Source of the DNA: Candidatus Doudnabacteria bacterium | GTDB lineage: Bacteria > Patescibacteriota > Doudnabacteria > UBA920 > VMFF01 | Direction of reading: 5' to 3' | Assembly (NCBI GenBank): GCA_963840645.1 | Contig: CAWIZL010000004.1 | Coordinates: 203,470-267,469, forward strand | DNA: 64,000 nt | Shown: in pieces, positions 57,114-64,000 of the stretch | How positions within the stretch are numbered: position 1 is the first letter of the stretch | How the letters are laid out: each line of letters starts with the position of its first letter | The notes under the pieces: model-generated | What the model was told of the DNA's origin: nothing | What the model saw: only the letters and a program-made list of their open reading frames with translations | Databases searched by the model: none | Made by a program: the position numbers and the translations under genes

Positions 57114-57926
57114 TCAAACTTCCGTGCGTTTGCGCGCAGCAACCTTAGCTACATTCGCGAGGAGCATGGCAACTGCCACCGGCCCAACGCCACCTGGCAC
57201 AGGAGAGATTGCGGCCACCTTGCGCGCAACGTTCTCAAAATCTACGTCACCGGAAATACCAACGACTGTATCTGACGTGCCTGCATCAATGACGACGCAG
57301 CGCTCGTTCACCATGCCAGCTGTAATGAGGCCTGGCACGCCAGCGGCTGACACTAGGATATCTGCGACAAGGCACAGCTGTGACAAATTTTTCGTTGATG
57401 CATCTGCCACGGACACATGAGCACCAGCATCCTTGAGGAGTGCCGCTACTGGCTTGCCAACAAGGTCGCCTGCGCCAACGACTACAGCGTGTTTTCCAGC
57501 AACGTTAACACCTGCATAGTCCAGCATCTTCATAACCGCAGTGGCTGTCGGCGACTCGATCACTTTCTGCCTTGAGGTAATTGCGTCAACGTCAAAACGG
57601 GGATCAATGCCGTCTACCACGAGCTGCTTATCCATGTGGCTCGGCAGTGGCAGCTGGACAATGACCCCGCAGATATTTGGCTCTCTACAAATCTCATTTA
57701 CAGCAGCAGCAAGCTGAACCTCGGCAACACCTTCTGGAAATTTTCTCTCTTCAAAATCAATGCCGACGCTAGCCGAGCGGCTGCGCTTTATGCCAACGTA
57801 CTGGTCAACAACAGGGTTGCTGCCAACAACAATGTCAACGAGCTTTGGCGTAAACGGAAGCAGCAAAACATCGCGCCCAACCTGCTCCAAAATTTCACCG
57901 GCAATTTTTCGTCCATCAATCAGCAC
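57114..57926 (-). CDS. folD: bifunctional methylenetetrahydrofolate dehydrogenase/cyclohydrolase
   Basis: GVIVQLPLP, VVVGAGDLVGKPVA and PVPGGVGPV. GTG at 57926 follows AAGGAG. The longer ORF overlaps the PBP2 3' end. Confidence 0.85.
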   Translation of the reverse strand: MLIDGRKIAGEILEQVGRDVLLLPFTPKLVDIVVGSNPVVDQYVGIKRSRSASVGIDFEERKFPEGVAEVQLAAAVNEICREPNICGVIVQLPLPSHMDKQLVVDGIDPRFDVDAITSRQKVIESPTATAVMKMLDYAGVNVAGKHAVVVGAGDLVGKPVAALLKDAGAHVSVADASTKNLSQLCLVADILVSAAGVPGLITAGMVNERCVVIDAGTSDTVVGISGDVDFENVARKVAAISPVPGGVGPVAVAMLLANVAKVAARKRTEV

Positions 57927-59899
57927 TGGGCGACTCCTTGTCGTACCTGTTCGTGATCCACCACTTGAGCGCATCCTGAACAATTGGCTCTGACACTGAC
58001 GAGCCTTCACCGCCAGCCTCAATGAGCACCACAATGGTAATTTGAGGGTTGACGAACGGCGCAAATGCCGTGAACCACGCGTGGGCTGCTTCTGGGTCTG
58101 CATCGTCAAACTGCGCTGTGCCAGTTTTGCCAGCAACCGCAATTGGCAGCTTGTTCAAGCTCGTTGCAGTACCCGCTGTGACTGTCTGCCTCATGCCCTC
58201 GCGCACAACCTCTATATTGGCTGGGTCAATGAAGCCAGTGCGGATCACGGTCGGGTTGTTCTGGAAAACCACCTTGCCGCTTGGGTCTACAACTTTACTG
58301 ACAACGTACGGCGTGTAGAGCGTGCCGCCGTTCGCCACTGCAGCTGTCCACTCTGCATCTTGCAGCGGTGTCACTGCCATGTCACCCTGCCCAATTGATT
58401 CGTGGTACGTGTCGCCGAGGTACCACTGCTGCCCAGTTGCTTGCTTGTGCTCTGCTGGCGAGCCAACAGTGCCGGCTGCCTCGCCTGGCAAATCTATTCC
58501 CAAAGGTCGAGCCCATGCCAAAGAGCTTATCGTACTTTTCAATGAGCGCTGGCCCGAGGCCAGAGATGCCGAGGTTTGCCTGTCCGCCGCCAACAGTGTA
58601 AAAGTAAATGTCTGATGACATGGCAATTGCGGAGCGCATGTTCATCATGCCGAGTCCGCCCGGCTTCCACCCGTGGAACTGGTACGAGCCAACCTTCAGG
58701 TCGCCATTGTCGTCAATGAGCGTGTCTGGGGTCACCACGTTTTCTTGGAGCGCCGCAGAAGCCATCACAGGCTTTATGGTAGAGCCTGGAGGGTACGTGC
58801 CTGAAATTGGACGGTCAAACAGCGGCTGCTGTGGATTGTTAACGAGGGCATCGTAGTCTGCCGTCGAAATTCCAGTTGAGAATAGGTTACTGTCGTAGCC
58901 TGGCACGCTCACGAGCGCCAGCACCTTGCCGTTCTGCGGGTCGAGCGCAACAGCAGCAGCCTTCTTGCCGTTGTTCTTAGCAACAATGTCATTGTACAGG
59001 AAGGTCTGCAGGCCAGCGTCAATGTTCAAGTCCAAGCTGTCGCCAATCTGGGCAGGCACTGTGCCGAGAACGCTCTGCACGTGGCCTGTTGCGTCAACCT
59101 CAACCTGCTCTTCGCCTGGCGTGCCGCGCAGCCACTTTTCGTACGTGAGCTCAACGCCAGTCTTGCCAATGTAGTCATCCATTGAGTACGGAGGATTTAC
59201 GGTGGAGTTTGCTGAAACATCAGCTGGACTCACCTTGCCAGTGTAGCCTAGGATGTTAGAAAAAACATCTGGGTTTTGGTACTCGCGCACAGGGTTGTTC
59301 TCTATTGAAAAACCTGGGAACTGGCTTGCGTCTGCCTGGAACACCAGAGATTGGTCGTGCGTCACGTTCGGGTTGATGCTCACGGCTTCATAGCTCGACG
59401 TGCCAGCTGACTGTATGGCAGCTAGCGCAGCTTGGGCATCAGTGCCCGTAATTTTTGCAAGAGACGCAACCTCTGCGGCAAGCTGCGTTGGATCTTTTGG
59501 CAAGTCCATTGGCGTGGCAATGAGCTCAAAGCTCGGGACATTGTCAACGAGCGGAGTGCCCTGAGAATCGTACACAATGCCGCGCGGCGGCAAAATTTCC
59601 TGCTCGCGGATGTGGTTGCTGTTGGCCTGGGCCAGGTACGATGCACCGTGCGCTATCTGCAGCACGCCGAGGCGCGTGGCAAGCCCCACGAAGATGAGCG
59701 CGAGGCACGCCAAGAACAGCTTAACGTTCGGCGTTGTACCGTGGCCTTCGTAGAAGTCTTCTGGATTTTCAGCGCTGCCGTGGGCAGATTCTTCCCAGGA
59801 TAGGCTGTGCGTCCGCACGCCCTTGCCGTACAGTTTTTTCTTGGCACTGGCAGCTGCGCTGTCTGGGTTGTAAATAGAGAATGGGTTTTGCATGTACAA
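57916..59899 (-). CDS. mrdA: penicillin-binding protein 2 (elongation transpeptidase), apparent frameshift near 58515
   Basis: PPRGIVYDSQG and GSTIKP (SxxK) in 58382..59899. KTGTAQ in 57916..58626. Frames join at KLFGMG / RPLGIDLPGE. Adjacent to mreBCD. Confidence 0.8.
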
Positions 59900-59978
59900 C
59901 CTATTCTACTAGAGTTTTTAGGTTACTTCAACACAAAAAAATGGGGGAAGCCGAAGCTTCCCCACTGAACAAGTTCTA

Positions 59979-60356
59979 CTAAATTGGGTCGTGAGTGGGC
60001 AGAGCGGGCGGTCGAAGAACTATACCTTTCCACTCAAAAATTTCTCTCCCACCCTTTATTGGCACAGAAACTACGGGCACCGTGTCTCCCAGTTTGAATG
60101 CCGCACATTCATCCAAAAGTAGATCACCGAGGTAGTCTGCCCCTTCCACCCACGCAGTGTACGTTGTCCCCTTCATGGTCACCGTCAGCTTGCAGTTGTC
60201 TCCACCTGCATCATCTTTGGAAACAACGGCTGTCTGGACGTTTCCCTCAGTTCTTTGCTGTCGGGCGACGATGAGGTAGATGGCAATCCAAACCAATACA
60301 CATGGTACCAGCACCGCCAAAAATTGCCTCGCAACCAATGGCAACCTACTGTTCAT
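59979..60356 (-). CDS. hypothetical membrane-anchored protein
   Basis: N-terminal TM FLAVLVPCVLVWIAIYLIV. 125 aa. Confidence 0.5.
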   Translation of the reverse strand: MNSRLPLVARQFLAVLVPCVLVWIAIYLIVARQQRTEGNVQTAVVSKDDAGGDNCKLTVTMKGTTYTAWVEGADYLGDLLLDECAAFKLGDTVPVVSVPIKGGREIFEWKGIVLRPPALPTHDPI

Positions 60357-60414
60357 AAAACCTCCTGCGAAGAACTATACTAAAATTTTACAACCGTATC
60401 AAGGCTTTGGTAGC

Positions 60415-60936
60415 CTACAGCATTGCCTTCCTGTGCCTGTCGTGCCGCTCAACGTAGCGATCAATTGCTGCGACCAAAAGGTGCACTGGGTACGCGAGCA
60501 AGACGTTGAATGCTAAGTCGAGCCAAATTTTACGCGTGACAAACAGCGGCGAGAGCGGAAGAGCTGCCATGTAGTGGCTGGCAATCAGAGCCACCGCGTA
60601 CAGCACAACCACCGTGAAGAAGTACGACACAGCAACAAAGCCTGCGAGCGCTGCAGGAGAAAAATCTGCGCTGAAGATTGTTGCCGTTGCGTACTTGACG
60701 AGCAGCGCAATGAGCAAGAACGCAATCGTGTACGTGCCAAAAATCAAACCAGAAGATGAATCGAGCAGGAGGCCGCTGAAGAACGCTACCCACAGGAACG
60801 CGCTGCTGTCACCTGACAGACTCGCGCACACAACAAACAGCAGCAGCAAGTTTACACTGCCGCCAAATGGCTGGGGCAGCACCGTGTTGAGTGCGTACAG
60901 GACAATTGCCGCGAGCGTGTAGAGGATGAACTTCAT
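60415..60936 (-). CDS. mreD: rod shape-determining protein MreD
   Basis: Hydrophobic 173-aa protein directly downstream of mreC. Confidence 0.65.
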   Translation of the reverse strand: MKFILYTLAAIVLYALNTVLPQPFGGSVNLLLLFVVCASLSGDSSAFLWVAFFSGLLLDSSSGLIFGTYTIAFLLIALLVKYATATIFSADFSPAALAGFVAVSYFFTVVVLYAVALIASHYMAALPLSPLFVTRKIWLDLAFNVLLAYPVHLLVAAIDRYVERHDRHRKAML

Positions 60937-60948
60937 GGGCGTACCAGA

Positions 60949-61746
60949 CTACTTCACCACGTCCACAAACTGGATGTCTGAAATGTTAACGGCGGAAATG
61001 ACCGTTGCGCGCTGGAGCAGGTCATTCTTGTTCGAGAGAATGTCGCCAACAGAGCCAACGAGCACGTTTGCGGGCACGTTTGCATTGAGGTTAGCTGTGA
61101 CAACCTGTTCGCCAGTGGTGAGCGTTGCCTTTGGTGAAACGCTGTCAATGACAGTGCCAGAACCGTACGAGCCTTCCAGAATGCCGTTCTCGCCACTGTC
61201 AGCCAGCTCCACGTCTATGGCGCTGCTCGGATCTGTGATGAGCGTAACCTTTGAGGTGAGCGGCGTGGCAGATGCAACAGAGCCAACGAACACACCCTGG
61301 CTCAGCACGCTGTCCCCTGTCTTTACGCCCGCCGACGTTCCAGCGTCAATAACCACTGTCTGCGTGAAGCCTGTTGGGTCTGTTGCGATGACAGTTGCCG
61401 GCACGAGGCTGAGCGTGGTGACCTGGCGGTAGCCGAGCTCTTGCTTGAGCACCTGGTTCTGCAGCTGCTCTTCAGAGAGAGTTGCGACCTGGCCCTGCAA
61501 GCTGCGCACCTGGCTCTCGAGCTGTGCATTCTGGGTGCTCAGGCTGTGCGCAGTGCCAAAGTAGCTGCCAAAATTTTTAGCTGCTGTAATCGTGCCGCGA
61601 AACAGGTACGTAATTGGGCGCGGCACTTCTGCAATGGCGCCTTCTGCTGGTGCAAGCACGCTGCGCGACTGCAGCATGGAAAGCACGACTGCTGCTGCCA
61701 GTAAGATGAAAAATACTATGAAGGTTCTCGTGTAAATAAACCGCAT
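60949..61746 (-). CDS. mreC: rod shape-determining protein MreC
   Basis: N-terminal TM, coiled coil (LESQVRSLQGQVATL), beta-rich C-terminus. Lies between mreB and mreD. Confidence 0.75.
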   Translation of the reverse strand: MRFIYTRTFIVFFILLAAAVVLSMLQSRSVLAPAEGAIAEVPRPITYLFRGTITAAKNFGSYFGTAHSLSTQNAQLESQVRSLQGQVATLSEEQLQNQVLKQELGYRQVTTLSLVPATVIATDPTGFTQTVVIDAGTSAGVKTGDSVLSQGVFVGSVASATPLTSKVTLITDPSSAIDVELADSGENGILEGSYGSGTVIDSVSPKATLTTGEQVVTANLNANVPANVLVGSVGDILSNKNDLLQRATVISAVNISDIQFVDVVK

Positions 61747-61856
61747 GGGGGCAAGTAGTCAGTATAAATATTTAGTAGACGGATCCGTAAAACTTTTCAT
61801 TCTGTTGGTAAGCGGCGGCAGTTTAGCTACTGCATACTATACTGACCACCTGCGTT

Positions 61857-62912
61857 CTAGTACCTCGGCGTTTTTTCAAACGAGGTGTTGACCAGCACGT
61901 CTTTGAGCGTTTCTAAATCTTCGACAACAACGCCAGCGCCGCGGACAGCTGCCGTGAGCGGGTCATCCGTAACGTGCACAGGAATTTCTGTGCGCTCGTA
62001 CACGAGCTGGTCTAAGCCGCGCAAGAGCGCGCCGCCGCCGGCAAGGTGGATGCCGCGCTGCATGAGGTCTGAGATGAGCTCTGGTGGAGTTTCTTCAATC
62101 GCACCTTTGATGTTGTTCACGATAACGCGAATGGACGGCGCGAGAGCTTCACGAATTTGTTCGTCGTTGACGGTTACCTCTTTTGGCAAACCAGTAACAA
62201 GGTCGCGGCCGCGCATTGAAGTTTGCAGCGGGTGCTCGAGCTCGTACGCAGATCCAATGCGGATCTTCACGTCTTCTGCTGTGCGCTCGCCAATGAGCAA
62301 GTTGAAGTTGTCGCGGGCGTACTGCACAATGTTCTCGTTCATCTTGTCGCCAGCCACGCGGATGCTGCGCGAGATCACAACGCCGCCGAGCGAGATGACG
62401 GCAATCTCAGCTGTGCCACCGCCAATGCTCACGATCATGCTGCCAGCAGCATCTTGCACTGGCAGGCGCGCGCCAATAGCTGCTGCCATTGGCTCTTCTA
62501 TTAAGAACGCTGCACGTGCGCCTGCGTTGAGCGCTGCATCTTGCACAGCGCGCTTCTCAACTTCTGTGACGCCTGATGGAATGCCAATCACAACTCGCGG
62601 CCTGCGCAGGAACGAAAAAGTTTTCTGGTGAACTTTGTCTATGAAGTACCGCAGCATCTGCTCTGTGATTTCAAAATCTGAAATCACGCCGTCTACGAGC
62701 GGACGACTGGCAACTATGTACGGTGGCGTTCTGCCAACCATGAGCTTTGCGTCATTGCCTATTGCGAGAATTTGCTTTGTCTTGGTATTGAGCGCGACGA
62801 CGGACGGCTCGTTGATGACAATGCCCTTACCCTTAACGTACACGAGGGTGTTAGCTGTGCCAAGGTCAATGCCAATGTCTTTTGAGAAGCGCTGGAATAG
62901 AGGGTCGAACAT
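61857..62912 (-). CDS. mreB: rod shape-determining protein MreB (actin homolog)
   Basis: IGIDLGTANTLVY, EPMAAAIG and GGGTAEIAVISLGG. Confidence 0.95.
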   Translation of the reverse strand: MFDPLFQRFSKDIGIDLGTANTLVYVKGKGIVINEPSVVALNTKTKQILAIGNDAKLMVGRTPPYIVASRPLVDGVISDFEITEQMLRYFIDKVHQKTFSFLRRPRVVIGIPSGVTEVEKRAVQDAALNAGARAAFLIEEPMAAAIGARLPVQDAAGSMIVSIGGGTAEIAVISLGGVVISRSIRVAGDKMNENIVQYARDNFNLLIGERTAEDVKIRIGSAYELEHPLQTSMRGRDLVTGLPKEVTVNDEQIREALAPSIRVIVNNIKGAIEETPPELISDLMQRGIHLAGGGALLRGLDQLVYERTEIPVHVTDDPLTAAVRGAGVVVEDLETLKDVLVNTSFEKTPRY

Positions 62913-63061
62913 GTGAGCTGTGGTAGTTAGGAATCTGAATTTTCAATCCGTCTCTCTACTTTACCTGAAAAGACTATACCTGCAAAGTTGACTTAAAATA
63001 CTGCTTATTTTATAATCTTTAGTCAGTCACCCTGAGGGTGCACTGTAGGAGGAGTTGAACG

Positions 63062-63520
63062 ATGATGAGCAACAAGACAGTAGAAATACTGATAGTGGTT
63101 TTCATTGTGGTGTCTCTCTTGATGGCTCGCGATACCTGGGTCAAGAAATCGCGAAAAAGAAAACGGGAGATGTTCCTGAAAAGAGTCACTGTTTTTATTT
63201 CCATAGCGAAAGACCCTCACTACGAACACGAACACTGTCTCTTGCAGTATGAGGTGGGAAAAGCGCTTGAAGCCTACGGCGTGCAAATCAGCTACGTACC
63301 GGCCGCTGGAAAGTTTACCAACTGGAAAATATTCCTGTGTGGCACGGTTACCCCACACTCAAAAGTTAGCACGGTTACCTACGACATGGTTGCACGGGAC
63401 GAGATCGGCCACACAATCAGAAAGACTTTTGACACTGCCTCAAGCTCACGCGTAGCCGAAGATGTGGCGCAGTACCTGCTAAGCTGCATTACACCGGGAG
63501 AAATCCCAGTCCTCGCTTAG
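63062..63520 (+). CDS. hypothetical membrane-anchored protein
   Basis: GTAGGAGGAG precedes the ATG. N-terminal TM ILIVVFIVVSLLM. A T-run hairpin follows. Confidence 0.5.
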   Translation: MMSNKTVEILIVVFIVVSLLMARDTWVKKSRKRKREMFLKRVTVFISIAKDPHYEHEHCLLQYEVGKALEAYGVQISYVPAAGKFTNWKIFLCGTVTPHSKVSTVTYDMVARDEIGHTIRKTFDTASSSRVAEDVAQYLLSCITPGEIPVLA

Positions 63521-63638
63521 CAATTAAGCAAACCAAAGGGCCGGCCTTTGCAGGTCGGCTCTGTTTTTTATTCCAGCTGCCAAGAATTGACAAAAAATGT
63601 TTAATGTGTCAATATTTACAAGTCCTGAGGAGGAGCGT

Positions 63639-64000
63639 ATGTCTACAACGACCAAAAAGGAAGTGGTATCCGCAATGTTTCGGAGTGCAGCGTTCCGGCT
63701 GCACCCAAACCTCAACGAACGAGCCCAAAATGTGGCAAAGACGAAACGCTGGGGCATTGGCTTGCTCGTCCTAGCCGTTGCCTTGGCCACTGCGTGGAGC
63801 GCCACCGTGGTATTTTACCCAACGCACCGTGGCTGGGTGATATGGATGTTGTGTGTGTCCACCATTGCGAGCGCCGCAATTGGCATGATGTTCCTCGCAG
63901 AATCCTTCAGGGATTACGAGGAGCTACCTCTCGAGCTGAATTGCCTTGCTCGGCAGGTCTATGGCCTGGAGCCAATCGATTTCTATGACCTCACAGAAGA
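63639..64000 (+). CDS. hypothetical membrane protein (3' end outside the window)
   Basis: GAGGAGG precedes the ATG at 63639. The frame stays open to the window end. Two TM helices (WGIGLLVLAVALATAW, WVIWMLCVSTIASAAIGMMF). Absent from the ORF track because it has no stop. Confidence 0.5.
   Translation, partial: MSTTTKKEVVSAMFRSAAFRLHPNLNERAQNVAKTKRWGIGLLVLAVALATAWSATVVFYPTHRGWVIWMLCVSTIASAAIGMMFLAESFRDYEELPLELNCLARQVYGLEPIDFYDLTE

Noticed and set aside
1-64000. Alternative genetic code (UGA recoding, as in some candidate phyla) as the cause of the truncated ORFs
   Set aside because: At each break the homologous sequence continues in a different frame (for example dnaB ...KHRNG then TGRVELYFD). 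These are frameshifts, not in-frame stops.
1-64000. The many long antisense or overlapping ORFs in the track (e.g. 5145..6065, 10478..10738 extension, 28806..29375, 38114..38683, 55184..55933, 61885..62631)
   Set aside because: They lie opposite to, or out of frame with, genes that carry clear family motifs. They are Arg/Ser/Ala-rich as expected for shadow frames and lack ribosome-binding sites.
1-64000. CRISPR arrays, rRNA genes, tmRNA, RNase P RNA
   Set aside because: No regularly spaced short repeats were seen. No rRNA-like conserved blocks and no tmRNA or RNase P signature sequences were recognised on either strand.

Overview
The window looks like part of a small Gram-positive-type chromosome, possibly Patescibacteria/Saccharibacteria-like. 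That taxonomic guess is inferred from gene content only. The backbone carries housekeeping genes (aspS, serS, dnaB, recR, scpA/scpB, greA, folD, rplU, dinB), a dcw block (mraZ-rsmH-ftsL-ftsI-murF), mreBCD with a PBP2, and envelope genes (lgt, sortase, M23 peptidase, an LCAT-like lipase, GT4/GT2 and two GT39/83-like glycosyltransferases). There are two tRNAs, Glu-CUC and Ser-GGA. One IS1595-type transposase lies in the backbone and one complete IS3 element lies in the island. The main accessory region is an ~11.6 kb composite island (18.5-30.15 kb) anchored on tRNA-Glu. Its large serine recombinase ORF reads into the tRNA. The 7-nt junction core TGGTAGC recurs four times in the island. Each time it is followed by a ~70-nt arm that is in frame with the recombinase and would restore a different C-terminus on excision. 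These four copies split the island into modules. The modules hold an IS3-disrupted HEPN/Abi-like operon beside a truncated C5-methyltransferase, small secreted and zinc-ribbon proteins, an AT-richer aminotransferase-HAD-methyltransferase operon, and a phiX174-gpA-like rolling-circle Rep. The Rep has an iteron/nick-like region and a ~280-nt structured non-coding segment upstream. About 17 conserved genes are split by single frameshifts, which most likely reflects sequence errors. No CRISPR array and no rRNA were seen. All functional calls rest on motif recognition by eye; no database search was possible.
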